A stretch of 63,388 bases of DNA, filler included, from Octopus bimaculoides (Eukaryota): the NCBI RefSeq assembly GCF_001194135.2. It is 3 parts of 3 records of this genome, joined end to end, with 100 filler letters (N's around TTAATTAATTAA, not from the genome) between each part and the next. Parts side by side here need not be neighbours in the genome. Positions count along the whole stretch, not along the records: positions 1 to 23,836 come from NC_068999.1; 2 more parts are not named here. One strand, written 5' to 3'. Position 1 is the stretch's first letter, and the number at the start of each line of letters is the position of its first letter. Made by a program: the position numbers and the translations under genes. A model generated the notes under the pieces. That model worked only from the letters and a program-made list of their open reading frames with translations. It was not told the DNA's origin and ran no database searches. This document shows positions 1-11,165 of this stretch, in pieces.

Positions 1-509
1 ATTGGGATGCGGGACGAGCGTGTCTGCATACGCGGACGACGTCACCGTCATAGTGTCTAGCCAGAAGCACATCGAGCTGGTCGGCGAGACACTGAAAGAC
101 TACGAAGCGGTAACAGGAGCGAAAATCAACCGGGAAAAGTCAGTGGGCTTGCGGCTCGGCACCTAGAGAAGCAAGCCCATACCATCCACCAGCGCCTCAG
201 TCATGGGACGTTGGACCGACGGTCCGGTCGAGTTGCTCGGGGTCTGGTTTGGTCCGGACCTCCAAACGGAGAAGAACTGGAACGAGATAACGAGTAGGGT
301 GGTCACTCTCGCCCGGCAATGGGCCGAGAGAAAGCTGTCCCTAAAAGGTCGGGCAGAGGTGGCGAACACGTACATCACGTCCGTCATCTACAACCACCTG
401 ACTGTTGTGACTTGTCCCGACTCTACCATCACCAAACTAGAACGCATTTTCTTCCGCTTCTTGTGGAAAGGATGCGTTCCGATGGTCAGGCGATCCGTTT
501 GCTGCCAAA
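1..509 (+). mobile_element. L1/Tx1-clade LINE ORF2 fragment (reverse transcriptase C-terminal part), dead
   Basis: Frame 2 reads SAYADDVTVIV (YADD at 29-40), then GAKINREKS, an in-frame TAG at 164-166, and LLGVWFGPDL..KLSLKGRAEVAN..FLWKG. Similarity stops after CCQ near 509. Confidence 0.9.
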
Positions 510-1654
510 AAAGCAGGGATGGTCTCGACGGATAAATTTGACGATATTTATCAGTGATATACACAAAATCGAATTATAACGTACCATTTTATTATAATAC
601 TTCATCATACTGCATTAATTTCATACAAAATTTTGTCTGCTTGTATGTTTAAGTGTGAAATAAAGTTGTACAAGAAGTTGATACAAAATGTCTATTGATT
701 TTCGAAGATAAAATCTATACTCTTTATTTCATGGATAATAGTATTTTTAATTTATGACATTATATTTAATTATGCTTTTATTTTTTTCCATAACTTTCAG
801 AACGGTAGCCATTGTCAGCGAACGAATTAAATATTCTTTTGGAGTGTTAAGATAAATAATATGACATTTGAAGGACAAATACTTAAAAAGAAGCGTTTAA
901 CAGAATCTCGTGAAGTTTTCGGTTCCTCTGGAGATTTGAACATCTTTGGTACAAACCACAGAAGACAACTGGTATCACGAAAGCACAACAAAATCATAGT
1001 CGATCCTCGCAAGTACATTGGAGATATTTCCCGAGAAATATATTTCTATAGAAATATCTTGAGTATAAACTGAAATCATTTACTGATATATGGCACAGAA
1101 TTTAAATGTACAATTAAGACTGAAACAGATTGACTTCTCGTGAACTGAAGGATAATAGCAAGAACATTTCTTTTGGGGGAATTTTTGCATTTGCTTGCTT
1201 TTACGATATGAATAAAAGAACATATCTGAACTGGATTCTAACGTGAATGAAAAAGGCCAGTTTGACAAAGATAACGCTGTCGATAAATACATCTGTAGAA
1301 GTACCAAATCCAAGACTTTACCCAGCTAAAGAAGGTTATTGTGAATAGATGCGAGATAATAGAAAAACTGTTTAATATGAATTTTCATGGCGATAAGAAA
1401 TAAATTAGCTGTTGCAGTATGTATAGTATTTTTCGTAATTGAATATTATATGATAAAGAAAATATATCTGGCCGGCAAAAGGAATAAAGTAATCGTTTTC
1501 TACTTGACAATGCTAACCCGTACGTAACATAAGCTAGTCATTTTTTTCTCTTGAGATCTTGGATTCATAAGTCCGGACTTTTGAGTCTGGTCACGTGGTT
1601 TTAATGGTATATAAGTAACAGGGATCAAAACGCCGATCCGTAGCAAGGTTCAAG

Positions 1655-1835
1655 CCCAGTTATTTTGAGAGGAGGGGGACAAGTCGATTAAATGGCTGGT
1701 ACTTTATTTTATCGACCCCAAAACGACGAACGGAAAAACTGACCTCGTTGGTATTGGAACTCAGAACGTAACTAGCCGAAAGAAATGCCGTTAAGCATTT
1801 TGTCCGATGTGCTATCGATTCTGCCAGCTCATCGC
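1655..1835 (-). mobile_element. tRNA-derived SINE, family B (core ..CTTTCATCCTTTCGGGGTCGATAAA..), decayed
   Basis: Matches the copies at 4005-4210 and 12717-12935 (tttatcgaccc..gaactcagaacgta..aagcattt..ttctgccagctc). Confidence 0.8.
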
Positions 1836-1904
1836 TGTGCACGCCGACTCGAACCCGGAACTGAATTACTCTCAGCTTACATTACGCGTTTGGACTTTCA
1901 AAAT

Positions 1905-2037
1905 GATTTGGTTAAAGTTCAGTCTCGCGTTCAGTCCCACTGCGTGGAACCTTGGGCAAGTGTCTTCTACTATAACCTCAGGCCGACCAAAGCCTTGTGA
2001 GTGAATTTGGTAGACGGAAACTGAAAGAAGCCCGCCG

Positions 2038-2073
<36 letters not shown>

Positions 2074-2275
2074 CCTATGTGTGTGTGTGTGTCTTTGTGT
2101 CTGTGCTTATCTCCTGCTACTGCTTGATAACCGGTGTTGGTGTATTTACATCCCCGTAGCGTAGCGGTTCGGCAAAAGGGTCGATAGAATAAGTCGATTT
2201 GTTCGACTAAAACCCTTCAAGGAGGTGCTCCAGCATGGTAATAGTCAGATGACTGAAACAAGTAAGAGATCAAAG
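1905..2275 (+). mobile_element. tRNA-derived composite SINE, family A (internal TA/TG microsatellite)
   Basis: B-box-like GTTCAGTCCC, then cttgggcaagtgtcttctactata, gtagacggaaactgaaagaagccc, (TA)n(TG)n and the tail gactgaaacaagtaaga. Many copies in the window. Confidence 0.9.
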
Positions 2276-3319
2276 ATAACTTGGAAAGGTACCAAACCTC
2301 ATAAAACAATCCCAGATTTCCGGATTTTTAATGTCAATATAAAAACCATGTAAAACATGTCCACGAGAAAAAAAAGATATTTAACATATAATTTTAACTT
2401 AGATTATATTTTATCATATGAGAACTTGTACATGAAATGTCTTATTAATATACCCATGTTTTTTGTAGTAGTTTCGACAGTACATATTCTAATAAACATC
2501 TGATCAATTCTACTTCTCGCTGTTCTGATCAATTCTACTTCTCGCAGTTAACGTTTTACCCTTAAAAGTAAAAAAATAGATCTAAAAGAATAAAGATGTA
2601 CGTTTTATTAACGCTCTCAATGTGGATGTTTTCGAAGAAGCGTGATGTTTAACTTTAATCTTGGTGAGTAGGAGAAAAAAAATTTTCAGTAGTTGCTGAA
2701 AAACAAGGCAGTGAAAGAGGGTTAATAAAAAATCTTGACTATAAACAGAAACGATATTCGTAGCTATATTTTTCTTGTGATGTATTAAACTAGCACTTTT
2801 CAGGTGTGTTTTTTCAGCATTAGGTTTTGATCTTGCTGTATAAACTCCTTCCGTTTTCTATTAATTTGTTCATAACATTCTTCAGGGACTAGGTTGGAAT
2901 ATTTTTATAACTCACGGGATAATTAATTTAAGTTTTTTTTTTGCCCCCATAATATTGGATGCATCAAGCACTTCTAAAGTAAAATGCGCCGAAACCCTTG
3001 CTTTGTAAAGCAAAGAGAAATTAAAAAAAATATTTACTCAATTTGTTCTTGTCGAAATATAAAGATAAATGCGTTCAACAGTAACACGACAATAAATGCC
3101 AACGATCTTGAAATATACTGAGGAATCATTAGCATGAACTCTACTTCCATCATTAGGTTCCGAAAATTCTTTAATGTAATTACTTTAAATCAAATCTCTT
3201 TAACGCTAATATCAACAAGAATTCTTTGATTTTTGAATATAGAATTTCTGCTTTAAAGTCCAAATAAAATTTATTAATGTCAGATGAAATGTGAGTTAAG
3301 GAGGAAGAAAACAGTTTTG

Positions 3320-3556
3320 TAAGGCGCATGCACTTGTAGTTAGGGTGTTGGACTCATAATCGTATGATCGTTGTTTCGATTCCCAGACTGGGAGGTGGGT
3401 TGTGTTCTTGAGCATGGCGTTTCGTTTCACATTGCTCCAGTGTACTCAACCGAAAAGACGTACCAACAACAGCTGGCGGTGGTGAACCTACAACGAGCCG
3501 GTGTTCCTTTCAGTTGGGAGTGGGGGGGGGGGCATTGTAATCTCGGACTGTTACAC
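3320..3556 (+). mobile_element. tRNA-derived SINE, family D, inserted in the hAT fossil
   Basis: Head ggcgcatg..gttagggtgttggactcataatc..gtttcgattccc, then gtgttcttgagca..ttcacattgctccag and ggaaactgg. Related to 5225-5468 and 24155-24340. Confidence 0.8.
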
Positions 3557-4004
3557 GCCGTGGAAACTGGATAAGCTCCTGGTCCAAAGATCTTTCAGGT
3601 TCGCGACAGAGCTAAAGCCTCTGAAATTGTTGCAGCCACACCAATTTAATCTTTTAAGGTAGTTGATGGAAAGAGCAAACAAAGTAGTCGGCATTGTTTT
3701 TATCAATGCAGAGGTCTTTGTTTTTGTTGATTGGCTTTTGTAAATTTTTGAAATTCTGCTTATCATTTAGGATCATCACTCAAATATAAATACAAAAATA
3801 TTCTCTGTAAGCTTCCAAAATAACGTGGCAGTTCAGCGCAGGTTTTAAAAGCACACAAGTGCAAAGAATGACAAACACAAGGCTGTGTGAAGATCTGAAG
3901 ATTTTTCTGCTTCAACAAATGTTGAATCTCTCTTGTTTCCTTTCAAAACATTATTAACATAATCGTTGACAAAATCTTGAGTCCAAAGATGTTACAATGT
4001 TTTA

Positions 4005-4210
4005 GAAATATTGATTTCAAATTTTTGAACAAGGCCAGCAATTTCGGGGGGAGGGGGTAAGTCGATTATCTCAACCCCAGTGCTTAATCGACCCCGAAAG
4101 AATGAAAGGCAAGGTCGACTCCTGCGGAATTTGAACTTAGGACGTAAGGACGAACGAAATGCTGCTAAGCATTTTACTTGGTGTGTTAACGATTCTGCCA
4201 GCTCACGGCC
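4005..4210 (-). mobile_element. SINE family B, inserted in the hAT fossil
   Basis: atcgaccccgaaagaatgaaaggcaaggtcgact..gaatttgaacttaggacgtaa..aagcattt..ctgccagctc. Confidence 0.85.
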
Positions 4211-4782
4211 TTTGTTGTTTGGAAATATCAGAAGAAAATTTCATCCCTTTTGACTTAGGTACAAGGTTATTGAAGTCATATTTGCCAATCACATTAGAAT
4301 ATCGGCAAATTCCTTTCGCTATAGCATACTTGATACATCTTTTGTTATTTTCGAATCTGGAAAAATGTTGGCAAATAAGATGAGGTAAATGACTTAAAAG
4401 AATAATTATTGAATTAATTTCTGCATTTAATTCACAGAAATTAAGTTCAGCAGCTGAGATCTTTGCTGAATGGATTCAAAATTGATTAGGTTTCATTAAA
4501 TCAGCTACTTCTGAAGTGTACTTTGTCAATTCAATTTTAATCAAAAAATAATTCTGTCATTTCGCACTTCAAACTATTCTACAATTCATAGATTATTACT
4601 TAGAAACAAGTTAGAACAAAATATTTTTTCATGAGTCAGTAAACTAAACTTAAACGGTGTTATTCTTTCGTAAAAGAGCTGTGGGCTTCCGTTTGTGTTC
4701 TTTTATTTTAGAAATGTTAACTTCTGTTTTTATAACTATCTGAGCAAATATCTTTATTATTCTGTTCATTCATAATAGCTTC

Positions 4783-4787
<5 letters not shown>

Positions 4788-4867
<80 letters not shown>

Positions 4868-4881
4868 AATAGAGAGAGAGA
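4788..4881. repeat. (GA)n microsatellite
   Basis: Direct reading. Confidence 0.98.
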
Positions 4882-5224
4882 GCACAAAGCATTTTTATAA
4901 GATACTTGTTAAAATGAACGATACCACGCAACGAAACACTGCATGAGCTGTAATTAAAATTGAGGCAGTAACGTGAAGCGGAGAAACACACCCCATGGTT
5001 GAGTCACAATACCTTCAACCTTTACTCTTCCTTTCACATTTGCGTAAGAAACTAGAAAGATTTTAATGCCCATGTATCACATGTAAGAATTGTTATCGTT
5101 TTAAAAATGCGCGTTGAACGTAAAAATATAAACTTAGAGAATTCTTTTAGCCAGAAAATACAACCATTATTCGCAATGGGACTTGGTAACATGTGCCACT
5201 CCCGCTACCCTCACTACCACAATC

Positions 5225-5468
5225 ATCATCATCATCATCATCTCCAGTTGTCCTGTATCCATTGCGTATAAGTGACCGAGATCTCAACCTCTATTCCGAA
5301 CGGGACGCCAGACCGTCGGAAAGTTACTCATTTACAGCTGAGGGGAATGGAACAACGTTAAACGAAATGCTTTACTCAAGAACACAATGCACTGCCCGGT
5401 TCGGGAATCGAAACCGTGATCTTGTGATTGTAAGTGCAACACCCTAACCACGAGGCCACGCGCCTTCA
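5225..5468 (-). mobile_element. SINE family D
   Basis: The reverse complement has the tRNA-like head ggcgcgtggcctcgtggttagggtgttgcac..gtttcgattccc and the body gtgttcttgagtaaagcatt. Confidence 0.8.
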
Positions 5469-6625
5469 AAACATGTACCGTCCCTTCACTAACTGTTTTA
5501 GGAAATCATGTAGTCGCAGTTGCTGTCTTCGCCCCTCATTATTCTTGACTCATCGGAGTATCTAGGGTTTAACAGCTTGAAAGAGGGAGCGACATTCAGT
5601 GGCTTCTCGTTTCTAAGAAGATAAAGGGATTTGCTGAAGAACACAACGTGCCAGCCGATACAAGAATTGAATCCGTGATTTTATGGCCGTGAAACCATCA
5701 CATTTACCTCTCGGCTATACAAGTCCACGAGTTTTGAGTAACGATTCGTTATTAACACAAAATTCCTAAAACCTGCCAAAAATATTGGACTAAACGTAGA
5801 ACGGGAGGTAATAGAACGAATTTTGTTCGAACATCGCAATTTTCGCAGTACTGCTCAGCTGACCTCATCAAGCATAGAGTACGTCTATCCTCATTTAACA
5901 CGGGGTTTGGTTCCAAAAAGCAGTGGAAAATGAATTATAAAACATATGGGGAAAAAGTTTCGTTCCAAGACTCCAAGTTATCGGGAAGGCATTGCTTGGA
6001 TGCGCTTTTGCTGTCCATACAAACTATTTGACTGATCACGGACCCTGTTATAACATCAATTCGGGATAAACGTAACACTGTTCGCAATAAGCGTACCGAG
6101 TTATTCTGGATTAGAGCTGAATGATCCGGTGATAAATGAAGATAGATGTAATAAACAAATGCAGATCTTCCAATAACTTTTACTCTCCCCACCCCTGATC
6201 AACCAACCACGCGCTTTTCAAACATTCAATCAGAAATGTTACAAAGATTATCGAAAATTTTACAAGATTGAATGTTGATTTAATGTAAAAATTCTATTTT
6301 AAGCCCACAAAAAAACAAAACAAAAACGGAAGCAATAAACCCACAACATACTGCAGTAGTAGCAACAATAACATTTTTTAAAATGTTAAAAAAATAGAAA
6401 TTAAATGTTTTCTTAAATGTTTTCTTTTCTTAAAAAAAAAAAAGATTTTCTTCATTTGCCAAAATAAAAATTTTTTTTAATGAATCCAATGTATGTATGT
6501 AAGAATGTATGTGCGTATGTATGTATAAATGTATGTATGTATACACACACTTACACGTATATACACGCGTGCACGCATACATACACATACATATACATAT
6601 ATGCATAAGTATACATATGTATATT

Positions 6626-6669
<44 letters not shown>

Positions 6670-7644
6670 NNNNNNNNNNNNNNNNNNNNNNNNNNNNNNN
6701 NNNNNNNNNNNNNNNNNNNNNNNNNNNNNNNNNNNNNNNNNNNNNNNNNNNNNNNNNNNNNNNNNNNNNNNNNNNNNNNNNNNNNNNNNNNNNNNNNNNN
6801 NNNNNNNNNNNNNNNNNNNNNNNNNNNNNNNNNNNNNNNNNNNNNNNNNNNNNNNNNNNNNNNNNNNNNNNNNNNNNTAATCGTTTACTGACACAGATAT
6901 TAAATGTAAATTGTTTGTTTGTTTGTTTCCTTCTTTCTTTTTTTCTTTCTTTCTTGTTAAAACAAAACAAAACAAAAAGTACTTGTTTATTTCGATAATA
7001 CTCGAATCAACAGCTCGTCAGATTTAGTATTAAACTGGAATAATCACAAAAACACTATTTAAAAAATGCAAAAAGCAAGAACAACAAACAAAAATAAACA
7101 AACCTATAAAGATTTTATTTTATTGTGTTCTAAAATAATCATTTTCTTTCCCCCTTTTTTTTAACTATGCAATTTCCTAATTTTTTTTTGTTTTCGTGGG
7201 ATAAATTATATTTGCAATAAAAATTTAGTCGAAATTGTTATTTTGTATCGTCTGTGAAAGTTGACAATACGATATGGTAACATAGAAGCAACATACTGAC
7301 AGAGTGAAGTTCGTATTCTCTCCTGTCTCTGCAACTGTAGGATATTTCATGCTTGTCCATAGAGGCAACGATGACCATCTAATCATCCTTAAAGATGACT
7401 TGCGTGGTGGCTTAGTTTAAATTGAAGACGAGTTGCCACCACCAAGGTCACTCTCTCGTTCGTGACCATCTTTAAACTAGTTTCGAGACCAGGTTGAGAC
7501 AACTGGGGAAGGAGACGGATGTAGTGGATTGCAAAGATGTCTAAGTTGCCTCATCTTATTCTCTGCGCTCCACAACGCGTTGTTGCATCCACCTTCACCA
7601 CCGTTGAACCATGATGAGCTCATCTGCTTGGAATCACTGTTGCT

Positions 7645-7925
7645 TTCCTTGCTGCTTTCGTCAAAGACCAGCAGTCTATCGACCGGATCTACAATATCCG
7701 TACTTACTTTTATGTCAAGGTCTCTCCGAAACAGCAATGCCACGCCACATGATCCAGGCCGATCAGAGGAGGTATAACACTCCTAGTTGTCCAGAAAGTA
7801 AGTGATTGCGTTTCGGACATCTTTGTCTCGCTAATAGCTACTGTATCCAAACAAAATGACCTGAGGTCATTGTGCAGATGACCCTGCTTCCACGCTGCCT
7901 CCAATCAAAGAGCATGTGTACAATC
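7645..7925 (-). mobile_element. L1/Tx1-clade ORF2 APE endonuclease N-terminal fragment
   Basis: Minus strand reads LEAAWKQGHLHNDLRSFCLDTVAISETK, then a frameshift, then RPGSCGVALLFRRDLDIKV..DPVDRLLVFD. Confidence 0.8.
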
Positions 7926-8986
7926 TATTCCTAGAATTGCCATTTTAGGAAGCGAGACAGAAACAAAAACAGAGTCAGTGGAAAAATTATCAAAATACAT
8001 TCACATACAAAACACACTCAATACAATAAGCACTTAATAAAATAAAGCGACACAACTCGTGAAACATATTCTATATAAAATTACGGTCCAATAAGATAAC
8101 ATGAAAACTCTGTCGTGAACCGGTGGTATCGTTTACAACAGAAAGCAGTGTCAGTATCAGGTCGAATCCCATGTCTTTCTGTGGGCTATGAAAAAAAAAA
8201 AAAAGCAAAAAACAACGAAAAATCGATATCATATACTTCTCGCTGGAGTAATTTCAGGAAAAATAGATTTAAGGTGTTTTCCTCAGCGACACAAAAAATG
8301 GGATCTCTTTGGTTTGACAGACTGGTTCCGATTTAATTGAAAATTTCTACACAGATGTAGATTCTCATGCCAATTACGAAAGCNNNNNNNNNNNNNNNNN
8401 NNNNNNNNNNNNNNNNNNNNNNNNNNNNNNNNNNNNNNNNNNNNNNNNNNNNNNNNNNNNNNNNNNNNNNNNNNNNNNNNNNNNNNNNNNNNNNNNNNNN
8501 NNNNNNNNNNNNNNNNNNNNNNNNNNNNNNNNNNNNNNNNNNNNNNNNNNNNNNNNNNNNNNNNNNNNNNNNNNNNNNNNNNNNNNNNNNNNNNNNNNNN
8601 NNNNNNNNNNNNNNNNNNNNNNNNNNNNNNNNNNNNNNNNNNNNNNNNNNNNNNNNNNNNNNNNNNNNNNNNNNNNNNNNNNNNNNNNNNNNNNNNNNNN
8701 NNNNNNNNNNNNNNNNNNNNNNNNNNNNNNNNNNNNNNNNNNNNNNNNNNNNNNNNNNNNNNNNNNNNNNNNNNNNNNNNNNNNNNNNNNNNNNNNNNNN
8801 NNNNNNNNNNNNNNNNNNNNNNNNNNNNNNNNNNNNNNNNNNNNNNNNNNNNNNNNNNNNNNNNNNNNNNNNNNNNNNNNNNNNNNNNNNNNNNNNNNNN
8901 NNNNNNNNNNNNNNNNNNNNNNNNNNNNNNNNNNNNNNNNNNNNNNNNNNNNNNNNNNNNNNNNNNNNNNNNNNNNNNNNNNNACC

Positions 8987-9001
8987 GCCTTAATAATAAT
9001 C

Positions 9002-9083
<82 letters not shown>

Positions 9084-9085
9084 CG
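8987..9085. repeat. (AAT)n(GAT)n compound microsatellite
   Basis: Direct reading. Confidence 0.97.
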
Positions 9086-10188
9086 ATAAAGAGTTCTTTT
9101 TAGCATTTGTAAAAATTTCAACATCAGTTTTTCATATCTTAAAATAAATTAAAGAAAAGCTCTGGCACAAATTATATTTTCTGGAATGAAACTGTTTCCT
9201 TTGTAAGTTGATATCTTTTGAGAGCAGAAAAGAAAAAAAAAGTGCTTTGTTTCATGAAAAGCCAACAACAATTTAAGCTTCTTGAGTATATAATATTCAA
9301 CCCAGTAATAATTTTTTTTCAAATAAACAAACAAACAAACCAGATTATTGCAACGCAAGGTAAATTTACTGTTTAAAAAAAGATTCTGCAATTCTTAAAA
9401 TTTTGATTTTGCGCGTTGCAAAGATGGTAAAGATTGCACAAGAAAGGAAAATGGGTGCGATAAAAATAATTCGGTCTTCCATCTTGTTTTTTTTTGTCAT
9501 CGTTTTTAAAAATTTTTATTTTTTTTTCTATTTCGCAATGTAGAATATATGTGTTGGTAAAATGACTGCAGCAATCATGTCGAATACATCCGTTCTTTCC
9601 CTCTCTGATAATTGTAATGAGTCAAAAGAAGTTCTTGGTATATATTACTTGAAGAAGGAAACAGATAGTAAAGATAATTCATAGGGAATTGAAAATAGCT
9701 AAGTTCCTACTGATGGAGGTAAATTTATCGCTTGAAACTATTTCACAGTACTGACGACGCCAATAGCTTGAAACAATTGTTTGCGCGTCAAGACAAAAAT
9801 GAAATGAGATTATACAGAAGACATTGGATTTGATGATGTCTATAACAGCACCGAACTATATGCTTTTACCCCAATGAAGTCTCTTGTTTTAGATCAGTTT
9901 ATATTGAAGCAGGACTACTAGTTTAGCCATGCAGGGAGTCTATAGATAAGAAGTGAAGTGCAACAAAGGACTCCCATCCCGCACGTCGCTAATGTAATTA
10001 AAATTTCTTAAAGCAGTGCTTAGTCTTCTCAGCTTCTTTTTGCCTATGACTCAGCAAAGTGAATTCTTTACCAACCTCTCGTTATTCTATGGTTTGGTGC
10101 GGAGCTCAACTTTCTGTGGCTTTATGTGGACTAAAGACGAATCTCTTCCGGGATAGATCGGCTGCTTGTCACACTTAACTTTTCCTTC

Positions 10189-10224
<36 letters not shown>

Positions 10225-10239
<15 letters not shown>

Positions 10240-10375
10240 ACTAAACCTTTTTTATTTTCTCTCTCTGCTTATTTCTGTGTTCCTTTCTGTCGAAGAGCGT
10301 AGGCTCGAAACATAAAATACTTTCTCACTTCCCGAGCGTTAAACTAGTACATCCGTTTGTTGTTTACACACTCGT
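10225..10375 (+). mobile_element. Penelope-like terminal repeat fragment
   Basis: gaagagcgtaggctcgaaac (GAGC-GTAG-GCTC stem followed by GAAAC) is typical of PLE termini; flanked by (TATC)n and (TA)n. Confidence 0.5.
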
Positions 10376-10444
10376 CCAACTATATATATATATAATTCCA
10401 ACTATATATATATATGCATTTGTGCACATCTGTCTGTCCGTCCA

Positions 10445-10537
<93 letters not shown>

Positions 10538-11024
10538 TTATCTATCTTCTACTTAGCTTCCTGGCATTAGTCAGTACAGAATCTATTATAGAAGACACTT
10601 GCCCAAGTTGTCACGCAAGTTGTCACGTGAAATTACGCGGTTTCAAAGCGAGCTTCCAAATCAGACAAACATGAAAGCATTTGAACTTGTTGAATCCTCT
10701 GTATTACCCTGCTCCAACGGACATCGTAACTCTTGGAGTGGTTTTGAACTTAAAGGTTGTAAGACAAGAAAGCTGCCTGAAAACATCATTTAGTCAGTGA
10801 TTTCGCTTTTACCTAAACCTTAACGAACCGAAGCTTTCGTTTATGCAAGGAATCAACGTTTGATTTTATCTGTTTTTTTTTTTTAATTAAATCAAAATTA
10901 AATTTTCTTTCTACAAAGTGAGGAGACAGTTGTGCTAGAGAATCAGAAATGGCGAAAAATAACAATCTAGAGGAAGGCATTGTTTCGGAAATAAATTTCA
11001 TTTTAACTGTATTGAATAGTGATG

Positions 11025-11045
11025 ATTAACAACAACAACAACAAC

Positions 11046-11087
<42 letters not shown>

Positions 11088-11095
11088 TACAACAA

Positions 11096-11158
<63 letters not shown>

Positions 11159-11165
11159 CAGCAAC
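11025..11165. repeat. (AAC)n(AAT)n(GAC/GAT)n compound microsatellite
   Basis: Direct reading. Confidence 0.97.

Larger units (their letters stand above)
2595..4560 (-). mobile_element. Decayed hAT-superfamily transposase, interrupted by two SINEs
   Basis: Minus-strand motifs lie in hAT order across frameshifts: LFANIFPDSKIT (~4343-4378), NVIGKYDFNNLV..KFS (~4261-4296), PCVCHSLHLCAFKTC (CxxH, ~3847-3885), SNLVPEECYEQI (~2860-2900) and the dimerisation-like LSLPCFSATTENFF..KIKVKH..KTSTLRALI (~2600-2730). Confidence 0.8.

Noticed and set aside
2499-2545. Tandem duplication with a 25-bp period (tctgatcaattctacttctcgc)
   Set aside because: Two copies only; ordinary slippage.
5935-6192. 85-aa minus-strand ORF
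   Set aside because: No recognisable homology; it overlaps the dispersed ~100-bp repeat.
9560-9990. Possible GPCR or piggyBac coding relic
   Set aside because: Stops in all frames and only vague motif resemblance; a PLE terminus explains part of it better.
10285-10325. Hammerhead-like GAGC-GTAG-GCTC-GAAAC
   Set aside because: The core reads CUGUCGAA, and there is no helix III, cleavage triplet or stem I.
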